Origin: Pontiella sp.
GTDB taxonomy: Bacteria; Verrucomicrobiota; Kiritimatiellia; Kiritimatiellales; Pontiellaceae
Direction of reading: 5' to 3'
NCBI GenBank assembly: GCA_050290185.1
Contig: JBNKHE010000002.1
Coordinates: forward strand, 224,001-288,000
DNA: 64,000 bases
The notes under the pieces were generated by a model, which was given only the letters and a program-made list of their open reading frames with translations, was not told the DNA's origin and did no database searches. Positions within the stretch are counted from its first letter, which is position 1. The number at the start of each line of letters is the position of its first letter. Below, one piece after another: positions 51,961 through 61,931 of the stretch. The translations under genes were made by a program, and so were the position numbers.

Positions 51961-54900
51961 CTATTGCATCTCTACCTCGACCTTGTAAAATCCGTTCTCT
52001 TCGGTCTGATGGACCGTATCGGTGTAGCTTCCCTGCGGATAAACCATGTTGGTTGCCATGGGCGTGAAGTCGTTGGTCAGCGACGGCTTCCAGTGGACGC
52101 TGTAGACGCGTCCTGTAACCGCATCCCAATAGATGATAAACTGGCTGTTCGTCGGGATGGAGGCATCGTTGATCATGAAATATGATGCGGCATTGGTCGG
52201 ATTCATGCCTGAGATAAACTCGTCATAGTCGGACTGTCCATCCCCGTCGGAATCTGCCGATGCACTGGCATTGGTCGAGCCGCCGAAATACAGCGCCTCC
52301 CACCAATCGGGAATTCCATCGTGATCACTATCCGCATCGACAAGCTCCGGCATCTGGGTCGACCAGACCCAATCGGACCATGGCCCGGCATAAACGGTCG
52401 ATGCGTGGGTGATCGATGCCCGAGCCCGGTAATAGTAGGTGACGTTGGTGGCCAATGTGCCGAAGGTATGGTTGGGTGCGCCGATCCAGCCCGACTGTTG
52501 CAGCGCGGAGGAATTGGTGGACTCGGCCACCTCGACTTCGTACTGCACGGGGCCGGCAACCGCGCTCCATGAAACCATGTTGGAGCTGCCGTATGTGAAC
52601 GCCGGCTCTGCATCCATTTCAGGTGCCGGCGGAAGCACCAGCATCGACAACGGAATCGTGTTGCTCGGAGCGGTCGGATCATTGCTCAGCAACGTCAGGA
52701 AACCGGGCACAAAAGGACCCGCCGTCATGCCGCTGGCGTCAAAGGTAACCGTGACCGTCTGGTTGCCGCCGGGAGGAATCACCCCAGCGGTCGCATCCGT
52801 GCCAACCCAGGATCCATCCGAAACATCGATTCCTAAATAGAGTGCGGCAATCGCCGCGGCCGACAATACGCTATCGTACAGACCGAGCTCATCCATGCTT
52901 CCATAGAAATAATCGCTGGTACTCTCGTAGGACCGCCGCCCGATGCACAGGGTTGCGGCCGGACCGGACTGCAGCGGCTGGCTGTACGACTTCGTATCAG
53001 CAAGCACTCCGTTGACATAGAACAGCACCTGCGATCCGTCGTAGGTCATTGCCACATGCGACCAGGCATTCGTGGGCAACGGATCCATTCCCGATGCTGT
53101 CACATGTGTATTGGCCGTGATGGACAGTCCGGAGTCGAAGGCCAAACGGCCATCGGTTGTGATCGTAAAGGCGTATCCATAGAAACTGAGCGCAGAAAGC
53201 TTGCGCATGATGGTGCGCATGCTTCCCGATCCGCCAGCCTTGGTTGCAAACTGCGAAGGATTGATCCAGCCGGACATTGAAATCTGATCAACAATATCCA
53301 CCGAACCGGTGCTTGCCGTGGTGCGGATATAAGTCCCCTCGTCAAACGCGTAGGCTGAGTCTGGGTTGCCATCCCGGTCATCCGTAAGCGTTGCTCCCTC
53401 AACAATGCCATCCGCTCCGTTACCGCTTGAATCGGTCGCGTCGCCATCAAAGGCATAGGCTGCAGCCGCGGGTGTGACCGTCGCTCCCGAACCGCCGCTT
53501 CCTGATGTTCCAGTATCTGCATAAAGCGCTTGGACCTCGGATTCCGACAACGCACGGCTGTATATGCGGATATCGTCAATCGCTCCGGTATAATAGTAAG
53601 TATTGTTTCGGGATCCGATTGTCGGCGTCACGCTGTTGAGAATGGTTCCGGTCAGCGAGTCGGCATATACCGACATACTCTCAGGATTTCCGTCTACATA
53701 CACACTTATTCCCGCCGCCGTCGACGATCCGTCGTATATAACCGCAATGTGGTGCCACTGGTCATCCCTTAGGCTCGTGGTTCCATCCACCCGGATCTTG
53801 TTGGAGGAATTCTGGTCGCTGATCCACTGCATACGGAGAATTCCGGCGTTTATCCCGATCATCAGCCCCCGGTAGGCCCCGGATGACTGCATCTTGGCGA
53901 TAATGTTGTTGCCGGTATCAGTTGCCGTGGTCTTGATCCAGAACGACTGGCTATAAGAATTGGTTCGCTCGACGTTCAGCACGGCTGACGGCAGGTCAAT
54001 GCGGTCATTCACACCATCAAAATAGTAGGCGCTGTCCACATCGCCGAAGCGGTTGGTAATCAATGTCGCATCTACAACCGTTCCGTCATAGCCATTGCCC
54101 GACGCATCGGCCGCATCGCCGTTGAAGGGGTAGCTGGCCACGAGTCCGGCATCCAGATCATTGGTATCCGCAGGATCGGGTTCATTGTAGAGATCCAGAA
54201 TATCTTGATCCGACAACGCATGGTCATAGATATGAATATCATCCACTACACCGGTGAAATAATTGATCAACGTCCCGTTGTTGATTTGAACACCAATATA
54301 AATAATTCCGGGGTCATTGACGATATTTCTAATCATCCCGCTTGCTGTACTTACTAACTGACCATCAACAAACACCTTGGTGGTACTACCCTGTCGCAAA
54401 CAGGAGATCATATGCCATCCCCCATCGGAGAGCCCAATCACATTTTGCTGATTCCATAAGTGTCCATATTGCGAATCATAGGTCGTAAAACTTGTTTTCT
54501 GTGAATCGTTAATCCTTAACCAATACGGACCATCACCCACCTTATACCGCTGGCATAGCATCTGTGTGGATGACGATGCGGTCTTAACCCACATGGAGTA
54601 GGTGAAATCATTGGTTCCGATAACGACAGCCGGCTGATCTTCAAGAATGAGGTAGTCGTTGCCATCCAGAAGATATGCACTATCCGGATTACCAAAACGG
54701 TCTTCCGTCAGCGTCGCACCGTAAACGGTCCCATCATTCCCATTGCCCGTCTCATCGATTGCATTGCCATTAAACGGATAACTCGCCACCAGTCCGGCAT
54801 CCAGATCATTGGTCACCGCGGGAATGCTTTCGTTGACCAACTCCTGAATTTCTGATTCCGACAAGACGCGATTGTAGATGCGGACCTCATCCATCTGTCC

Positions 54901-57900
54901 ATTGAAATAGCGATCCGATCCATAGGGATCCCAACCGATATACAGCGGCAGTGTATTCACGGTCAGCCCATTTGTATATGCGGTTTGAGCCTCCATCTGA
55001 CCGTCGAGGTACAACGTGAGGTTTTCTTCATCATAAGTCGCCGTTATGTGATGCCAGTTTGAATCCAGCACGCTGTTTGTTGACGCCGCTGTTCCCTTAA
55101 CCGCAGGCCAATTCTTGTTAATATTCATCTTAATATCGGCAGATATAGCAGTAAGGTTGGCCGCCAGAATATAGCCATTTCTCGGGGAGCTGCTCTGTAT
55201 CTTTGCCAGCAATCCGCTGGCGGGACTGGTTCCATCTGACTTGACCCAACATGCGATGCTGAATGGTCCATCGAGATTCAAATCATCCGCATGGGGAACC
55301 TGTATCTTAGCGTTCGACCCATTAAATACAGCAGCTCCACCAACAATCCCGTTCGTTTCATAGGTCAGGCCACCGAGCACAGTTCCGTCGTGTCCATTGC
55401 CCGATTGATCGGCAGCATCGCCGTTGAACGGATAGTAGGCAACCAACCCGGCATCCAGAGTGTTGGTTGTCGCTGGATTGCTTTCGCCATAAAGACTCTG
55501 TATTTCCTGGTCAGACAAGACGCGGTCATAGATGCGGATATCGTCAAGATCTCCATTCAGATAGTGTGTTCCGCCCGTCCATCGACCAAGATTAACATCA
55601 CTGATTGATGTCGCGGCAAGCGTTTTTCCAGTCACCGTGGCATTGGTCCCATTGAAATAGACTTTGGAATTGGCGCCATCGCTTACCGCAACCACATGAA
55701 CCCATTGGCCCGCCTGACTATCCATCTGAACCGATGAGGTTAAGCTCCCGGAACCATCGCCAAACGAAAGCCGCCCGTTTTCCACGCTAGAGGCATACAG
55801 CCGGAAATCATTGTGCCCGAAATAGAAATCGAACTCGCTTCTCGAAGCCTGCTTCACCCACATTGATACTGTTTTGAACCCGCCCATGTTTCCTAGGTCG
55901 ATGTAGCTTGAGGATCCATCGAAATGATAGGCGCTGTCGGCATTGCCGAAGCGGTCAGCCGTCAGCGTCGCACCATTGACCGTACCGTCATACCCGTTGC
56001 CGGATTCGTCGGTAGCATCGCCTTTGAACGGATAGTAGGCCACCAAGCCGACATCCAGGGAGTTCGTTTCGGCTCCGCCATCGCTACCCGTATCCGCCCC
56101 CTGGATTTCAAATTCCAGACCGGTGTTGCCGGCGTTGGAGATGACCATCGTGCGGGAGGTGGTTTCGCCGGCCACGACGAGGGTGTTGGTCAGGCTGGCG
56201 GGGGTGAGCACGATCTGCGATCCAAGTACATTGAACACCGTACTGGCTCCTTCAACACCGCCGGCACTTGCAGTCAGCGTCACATCGTTGCCAAGGCTGC
56301 TGAACGATACATCGTCGCTTGCCACGCCGTTGACCATATTGGTCAGGCTGGCAGGGCTGACAGCAACTGGGCCTCGATCCCCGGAAGCAGAGAGAGCTAC
56401 CGCCCCGGAGAACGTATCGAGCAAAATGTCGTCCACCGTTCTAGCGGAAACCGTGATGGAAGCCGAACCGAACAAGGCTACATTGGTAGCACCTTCCACC
56501 AGCAAGTGGTGCGGATCATTGTCCACAATGGATATGTTGCTGGAATCCGGAACATACCCTGGGGCTTGGGCTAGTACAGATATGGTTTTCGTGCCATCGG
56601 CATCCGTATCGTCAACCACGGAAATATTGAAGGCCACCTGGTTGGTTCCGGCGGGAATCGTAACGGAACCGGGCACAACCAGCTCGCTGGAATCGGAATT
56701 ATTCAAGACCACATGAATATCGGAGAGGGAAGCCGCAGATAGCGAGAGCACCCCTCCATTGGTGATCACTCCGTCGCCCTCCCTCAGGGATGCGGGTAGT
56801 TGCAGGCCGAGCGCGGTGGTTTCGTTGTCGAACACAAAGACGGAAGCCGTGCCGTTTTTCCAGTTTTTCACATGCGTCTTGATGGTTGCGGTCTGAACGC
56901 CATCGATAATATGGTCATCCAGTACAGGAAGCGAGAAAGACGCGAAAGTCTGCCCGGCGGGAATGACCACACTACCGCTGCCGATTTCATTCGTATTATT
57001 GGAGATCAGTTCCACCGTCACATCCACATCGGGAGCATGGTCGGATAGAATCGCTCCCGAAATCGAGCCGGCCCCTTCGGCTGTCGTCGAGGGAAGCGAT
57101 ACCGTCAAGGTGGCCGACTCGTTGTCATGGATAAGAATGGAAGCCGATCCCGATACATAATTACTCGCCGATACAAAAACCGTTGCCGACGAAGAGCCAT
57201 CGAGAAGACTGTCGTCGAAAGCCTCTATATCGAATGCTACATTGGTCTCGCCGGCGGGCAGGATCACGCTCGTTGGCACCACAATGTCGTTGGTGGAATC
57301 CGTCTCCAGCAGGATGGGCGCGTCTACTACGTTCGGGAAGTTCGCTATGATCTGGGCAGACAACGCCGTTTCCCCCTCGGAGACCGCTTCCGGCAATATC
57401 AGGGAAAGAGTAAGTGGATGGACATCAAAAGCTGTGCTGTCGCCTGTAACACCCGCTGCATCGGTTGCACGGAGGAACACGTCTTCCAGAGGTGCTCCGG
57501 CTACCGCCGTGCCGCTCCATTCGCCGGAAACCACATTGACCGTTTGAGTCGGAATCGCATCAACCAGAGCCGGACCATCCGGTAGAACCCGAATATCATC
57601 AAACCACACCTTACGCTTGTTATAATTAAACAACGCAATCCGACTGACAGAATCTGCACTGGAACTGAAGCTTGCTCCTCCGCGATAAGCCCCGTCCAAA
57701 TACACCGAAACCCGGCGGGTTGCCCAGTTGAGCTTTAGCTTAACCTTGTACCAATGGTTCCACAAATAAGGATAAGTGACAGACCAGCCATTGATCCTCA
57801 GGTATAAAGAGTCCATGTAAAAGGAGGCTATGTACCCGCCCTGTCCATCGCGAAGCTGAAAATAAGCAGACCCTCCAGGGTTATCAGCCCGCATATAGAA

Positions 57901-59802
57901 CTCCACCTCGCCCGGTTGTCCATACGGCAGGTCGTGGTAATAGTATTTCTCCGAGTTATTGTCATACCCTTGGAGCAACAGGCATTGATCCCCCATGGCA
58001 CTGATATTGTTCGTGATAATAAACGACTGGGTAGTGCCCGGAGTCGAAGACCAGCCCTCGCTGCCGCCATCTTCAAAATTATCCTCAAATACAGGATATT
58101 GTAGCCCGGTAATATCAACCGCATTGGAATAGCTTGGGACCAGAACCCCATTTACATCTACGGCCCGGACCGCGACATTAAACGGGATAGCCATGGGCTG
58201 GTTGGTGCTGGAGAGAGTCCATTCGAAATGGTCTGCAGGGCCATGTTCCCAGGTCGTGAACTGCCAGACAGGGCCCGTTGCGACCCCTATTACGTTACTG
58301 GCAACAACCTGCCAATAATAGGTCTCATCCACATCAAATATTCCAGGATCGTAAACGGTATTGGTCAACCCGGAAGCAACCTCAACCAGATCAGAGGCGT
58401 TCGTTCCGATATAGACGCTATAGCGCGAGGCGGAATCCCAAGGCCCGGGATCATCCCCGCCATTGGTGTGTTCCCACTCCATGGGAGTTGCCGCATTAAC
58501 ATTGACGGCCGTGTTCATCGGAGTCGGGTTCATTGGTGTATCGGGAGCATCCGGCACCGGATAGACCGTCAGTTCAACCTGCCGTTCCTCCTGAATACCG
58601 GATTCGACTTCCACAAATTGTACGGTGCCGGTATAGACTCCGGCTGAAAGGGACAACGCGTTTGAATTGACGGTAACCTGAGCGATCGTAGTCGCCCCGC
58701 CGGAAATCTCCGCTGTGCTCGGAGCCGTCGAAAGCCAGCTTTGGTCAGCAGATGAGTTCCATACAATCGCTTCGTTCCTCAGGTTGTATAAGGCATAGTT
58801 TATGTTTGTCGATTGGTATTCGTACCCTTCATACGCCTCTAGCGTCATCATTTCAAAAGGTGATACACTTAGAGGCCCGACACTCAACGAGGAAAGAGGG
58901 ATACTCTGCACTGCAAGTCCATTGGTCGCTACAGTGGATTCGGTAAAAGTCAGAACATCGTCATCATCGATAAATATTTTGTCGGGCGAATGATCAAGGA
59001 CAATACCGTCTGACAGCGCAGTAGTTGTTGCATATGCATTCAGAGTGCTTCCCTTCAGCAGAATGGAATTTCTTCCGCCATAAAATACCAAATCCGTGAT
59101 TCCGTTTCCAAACGTCCCGAAATGGATCAGGTTCGTGGTGTAATAAATGTTGCCCGAGCTGTCGGCTACGAGGTGTTCATCCGGGAACATCCAGGTTTTT
59201 GCAGCCCTGGCATAGGTTCCATGATAGGGACTGTTACCGCCGGATATAAAGGTTCCGTCATCCCTGTAGTCGAGATACGTAATATCGGCAGGAGAAATGC
59301 CCGATGTCCGCCCCACCAATCTGTTCGCGGAAGGAGCGATCGAAGCGCCAACGAGGGCATTAATGCTGCTGCTGTAATTAGCAACAACCGTGTTGGAATT
59401 CTTGTCAACGCTGGTGAAACGCCCATATTGGCTATTCAGGAACAGGATATTTCCATCCACTAGGATTTGACTGGTGCTCTGCTCGGTGTCTGCTATATGG
59501 ATTTCATTACTTCCACCCAGATCATACCGATACGCTTCGGTCCCGTACGCGGCATAAATCCCATCAGAATCGATCGACCCTGCAGTCAACGTACCATGGG
59601 TTGATGATAAATTTATTGCAAAAAGCCATTGTCTGCTCGCAAGATTGTATTGCTCGATTCTCGACGGCGAATCCATGAAGAAACTCACGACAGAATCATT
59701 TTGTACGGACTGCACAAGACCGGCCTCAACAATCGACCCAATGGTACACAATGTTGAAATCACCAATATCTGTGATCTTCTAAAAAAAACAAAACGCTTC
59801 AC
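51961..59802 (-). CDS. Giant secreted protein with five LamG-like jellyroll domains, Calx-beta-like, BACON/FN3-like modules and a C-terminal sorting-like domain
   Basis: GTG start after AGGGGGG; five repeats GLVAxYPFxGxAxDxSGNGxDG...WxH...GxxDxxxIYxxxLS; DSDHDGIPDWWE and DSDGDG..EFISGMNP; ends GFYKVEVEMQ. Confidence 0.82.
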   Translation of the reverse strand: MKRFVFFRRSQILVISTLCTIGSIVEAGLVQSVQNDSVVSFFMDSPSRIEQYNLASRQWLFAINLSSTHGTLTAGSIDSDGIYAAYGTEAYRYDLGGSNEIHIADTEQSTSQILVDGNILFLNSQYGRFTSVDKNSNTVVANYSSSINALVGASIAPSANRLVGRTSGISPADITYLDYRDDGTFISGGNSPYHGTYARAAKTWMFPDEHLVADSSGNIYYTTNLIHFGTFGNGITDLVFYGGRNSILLKGSTLNAYATTTALSDGIVLDHSPDKIFIDDDDVLTFTESTVATNGLAVQSIPLSSLSVGPLSVSPFEMMTLEAYEGYEYQSTNINYALYNLRNEAIVWNSSADQSWLSTAPSTAEISGGATTIAQVTVNSNALSLSAGVYTGTVQFVEVESGIQEERQVELTVYPVPDAPDTPMNPTPMNTAVNVNAATPMEWEHTNGGDDPGPWDSASRYSVYIGTNASDLVEVASGLTNTVYDPGIFDVDETYYWQVVASNVIGVATGPVWQFTTWEHGPADHFEWTLSSTNQPMAIPFNVAVRAVDVNGVLVPSYSNAVDITGLQYPVFEDNFEDGGSEGWSSTPGTTQSFIITNNISAMGDQCLLLQGYDNNSEKYYYHDLPYGQPGEVEFYMRADNPGGSAYFQLRDGQGGYIASFYMDSLYLRINGWSVTYPYLWNHWYKVKLKLNWATRRVSVYLDGAYRGGASFSSSADSVSRIALFNYNKRKVWFDDIRVLPDGPALVDAIPTQTVNVVSGEWSGTAVAGAPLEDVFLRATDAAGVTGDSTAFDVHPLTLSLILPEAVSEGETALSAQIIANFPNVVDAPILLETDSTNDIVVPTSVILPAGETNVAFDIEAFDDSLLDGSSSATVFVSASNYVSGSASILIHDNESATLTVSLPSTTAEGAGSISGAILSDHAPDVDVTVELISNNTNEIGSGSVVIPAGQTFASFSLPVLDDHIIDGVQTATIKTHVKNWKNGTASVFVFDNETTALGLQLPASLREGDGVITNGGVLSLSAASLSDIHVVLNNSDSSELVVPGSVTIPAGTNQVAFNISVVDDTDADGTKTISVLAQAPGYVPDSSNISIVDNDPHHLLVEGATNVALFGSASITVSARTVDDILLDTFSGAVALSASGDRGPVAVSPASLTNMVNGVASDDVSFSSLGNDVTLTASAGGVEGASTVFNVLGSQIVLTPASLTNTLVVAGETTSRTMVISNAGNTGLEFEIQGADTGSDGGAETNSLDVGLVAYYPFKGDATDESGNGYDGTVNGATLTADRFGNADSAYHFDGSSSYIDLGNMGGFKTVSMWVKQASRSEFDFYFGHNDFRLYASSVENGRLSFGDGSGSLTSSVQMDSQAGQWVHVVAVSDGANSKVYFNGTNATVTGKTLAATSISDVNLGRWTGGTHYLNGDLDDIRIYDRVLSDQEIQSLYGESNPATTNTLDAGLVAYYPFNGDAADQSGNGHDGTVLGGLTYETNGIVGGAAVFNGSNAKIQVPHADDLNLDGPFSIACWVKSDGTSPASGLLAKIQSSSPRNGYILAANLTAISADIKMNINKNWPAVKGTAASTNSVLDSNWHHITATYDEENLTLYLDGQMEAQTAYTNGLTVNTLPLYIGWDPYGSDRYFNGQMDEVRIYNRVLSESEIQELVNESIPAVTNDLDAGLVASYPFNGNAIDETGNGNDGTVYGATLTEDRFGNPDSAYLLDGNDYLILEDQPAVVIGTNDFTYSMWVKTASSSTQMLCQRYKVGDGPYWLRINDSQKTSFTTYDSQYGHLWNQQNVIGLSDGGWHMISCLRQGSTTKVFVDGQLVSTASGMIRNIVNDPGIIYIGVQINNGTLINYFTGVVDDIHIYDHALSDQDILDLYNEPDPADTNDLDAGLVASYPFNGDAADASGNGYDGTVVDATLITNRFGDVDSAYYFDGVNDRIDLPSAVLNVERTNSYSQSFWIKTTATDTGNNIIAKMQSSGAYRGLMIGINAGILRMQWISDQNSSNKIRVDGTTSLRDDQWHHIAVIYDGSSTAAGISVYVDGNPESMSVYADSLTGTILNSVTPTIGSRNNTYYYTGAIDDIRIYSRALSESEVQALYADTGTSGSGGSGATVTPAAAAYAFDGDATDSSGNGADGIVEGATLTDDRDGNPDSAYAFDEGTYIRTTASTGSVDIVDQISMSGWINPSQFATKAGGSGSMRTIMRKLSALSFYGYAFTITTDGRLAFDSGLSITANTHVTASGMDPLPTNAWSHVAMTYDGSQVLFYVNGVLADTKSYSQPLQSGPAATLCIGRRSYESTSDYFYGSMDELGLYDSVLSAAAIAALYLGIDVSDGSWVGTDATAGVIPPGGNQTVTVTFDASGMTAGPFVPGFLTLLSNDPTAPSNTIPLSMLVLPPAPEMDAEPAFTYGSSNMVSWSAVAGPVQYEVEVAESTNSSALQQSGWIGAPNHTFGTLATNVTYYYRARASITHASTVYAGPWSDWVWSTQMPELVDADSDHDGIPDWWEALYFGGSTNASASADSDGDGQSDYDEFISGMNPTNAASYFMINDASIPTNSQFIIYWDAVTGRVYSVHWKPSLTNDFTPMATNMVYPQGSYTDTVHQTEENGFYKVEVEMQ

Positions 59803-60038
59803 GACGCCCCCCTAAATAAACAACGATTAACAACACCACAGAAAGCTTAGCTTCGGTTACATATCCAGAACCGAAATACAAACGGCAAACAGCGACACTC
59901 CCAGTAAACCATTCTTTTTCAACTTCGTGTCCCCTTTGAGCTAAATAGCCGATTGAAATCACAGGGAAAACGATATTGCAAAATGATGCAATGTCTTATG
60001 CCTCTTGCTGTATTGGTTTTTTTAGTAATATTTACTAG

Positions 60039-60076
60039 AAATGCGCCACATTCCACGAATGGAGCACGGCGCATTT
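60039..60076 (-). terminator. Possible terminator hairpin after the ankyrin gene
   Basis: AAATGCGCC...TCCA-CGAA-TGGA...GGCGCATTT, about 30 nt after the stop; weak U-tract. Confidence 0.35.
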
Positions 60077-60108
60077 GCTCTGATGAGGAGGGATATAACT
60101 AGCGCACG

Positions 60109-61422
60109 TCAGCCATCTTTTACATCGTTCAGCAACGATCCCTTGCCTTGCGACTTGATGAGCTTCCTCGGCGTGACGCCGGCATCGTTGGCCACATCCA
60201 GATCTGCTCCGGACTGAACGAGACGGATAACGATCTCATCCTGACCTTCCATCAGCGCCATATGCAGATAGGTATTGCCCTGTTGGTCCACTTTATTGAC
60301 ATCCGCGCCATGCTGAAGCAAATAGTCAACCGCCTTGGTTTGGTTCTTCACAATGGCGCAAGTGAGAGCCGTCTGGGATCGCTTGTTTTCCAGATCCACG
60401 TGTGCATTGGACTGAAGCAGTACGGCAAGCACTGAAAGCGAGCCATTCATTGCCGCAACATGCAACGGGGTCCATCCCTGCATGGAAACAGGCGAAACTT
60501 CCTCCCCAGCCGTAATCAAAGCCTTCGCCGCCACGCAATCATCGTTACTGGCGGCATGATGAAGCGGTGTTTCCCCGATCTGGTCGGCCAGGTTGGGATC
60601 GGCACCATGCATGAGCAGCAGATCCACCCCGCTGCATCCGTTTTTTACCGCCATCAGCAATGGGGTATCGCCCGCGTTGTTTCGGACGTTCATGCGCGCT
60701 CCATACTGAATAAGTAGACGCGCGGACTCCAGCGACTTTTTTTGTATCGCCCAATGCAGCGGAGTCATGCCCTGAATATCCTGAAGCTGGGCATCTGCGC
60801 CCGAAAGCAAAAGATGCTCAACGATTTCCGGATTCTCTATGGCTTGGATCAACGGGGTATGCTGCGCCCGGTCGGGCTGGTTTACTGAAGCTCTATTGGA
60901 AATCAGACATTTAACCATATCAAGCCGCCCAGCTCGAATCGCCAGCATCAACGGGGTCAAACCCTCCCGGTTTTTGTCATCGATCCCCTCGGAATCCCCC
61001 GCTAACCGTTCTTCCAATCCAAGAACTGTTCCGCCTTCAATGAGGTCAAAAATCGAAGGGTTTCGGGTCTGATATACACCGAATGCAATCCCGAGGCCTA
61101 CCACTGCAAGCAGCAACCCACCGAAAGAAATGAATCCGGCAGAAAACGGAATCGTTGCGCTGGGCTGAACAGGAGAAGGAACCCGAGCGGCATTCTGCCG
61201 CTCTTGCATCTCGTCCGAGGACCGGCGGACGAAGAAGTATGCGACCAACAGTCCGCACCACGCGATTCCACCCATCCATACTAAAGTATTCACCAAGATG
61301 CAAAACGGTAGCCCTTCGCTATCGTTGCATGTTGCCAGATCGGCAATGGTCAGCATGATCTCCACAATGCCCAACAACCATAAGCCGGTTACAAGATTGC
61401 TTCTGAGGATCTGATTTAGCAT
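60109..61422 (-). CDS. Membrane-anchored ankyrin-repeat protein
   Basis: Three N-terminal hydrophobic helices, then about 9 repeats of GxTPLHxA...GADxN. Confidence 0.88.
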   Translation of the reverse strand: MLNQILRSNLVTGLWLLGIVEIMLTIADLATCNDSEGLPFCILVNTLVWMGGIAWCGLLVAYFFVRRSSDEMQERQNAARVPSPVQPSATIPFSAGFISFGGLLLAVVGLGIAFGVYQTRNPSIFDLIEGGTVLGLEERLAGDSEGIDDKNREGLTPLMLAIRAGRLDMVKCLISNRASVNQPDRAQHTPLIQAIENPEIVEHLLLSGADAQLQDIQGMTPLHWAIQKKSLESARLLIQYGARMNVRNNAGDTPLLMAVKNGCSGVDLLLMHGADPNLADQIGETPLHHAASNDDCVAAKALITAGEEVSPVSMQGWTPLHVAAMNGSLSVLAVLLQSNAHVDLENKRSQTALTCAIVKNQTKAVDYLLQHGADVNKVDQQGNTYLHMALMEGQDEIVIRLVQSGADLDVANDAGVTPRKLIKSQGKGSLLNDVKDG

Positions 61423-61931
61423 TCGCGCATCCCACCCCTATAATACATTGTAGGTGGACTGCTCCAGAACAACTACTCTCCAGACCAGCCAACTGAACTA
61501 AGTTATTATAACATTCTGACAAACATCAGTACTGTCTTAACTAACTGCATGCTAGCCCCGAAACCTGGGAACCAATACCCTTGGGACTCGCCGTGTAAAA
61601 CAGTCTGAAAACTTAGCAGATATCACACCAATCTCTTGATAATTATGAATACGATTATAATAATTATCCCGATCTGTACTACAACCATTTACAGATAAAC
61701 ATGATACGTACTGCTCCGTGCGTGCTTGCCGCCCCCTCAGATTCGACAAGTGATGGCATATCCGCCTTTCTTTGTTACAAACATGAAGAAGTAGCAGGGC
61801 AGGCTGCAACAATATCGTCGTCATACGCTTTCCTGCCTGGCAATTCTCCAACTTATCTCTTGCGTTTTGGACGCTGATTCCCATTATTTGCGCTTCATTT
61901 TCAACCACTTGAACCGAAAGGAATTAACATC

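Noticed and set aside
61552..61908. 118-aa ORF in the AT-rich spacer
   Set aside because: No RBS, atypical composition, no recognisable domain, and it overlaps the likely pfp promoter region.
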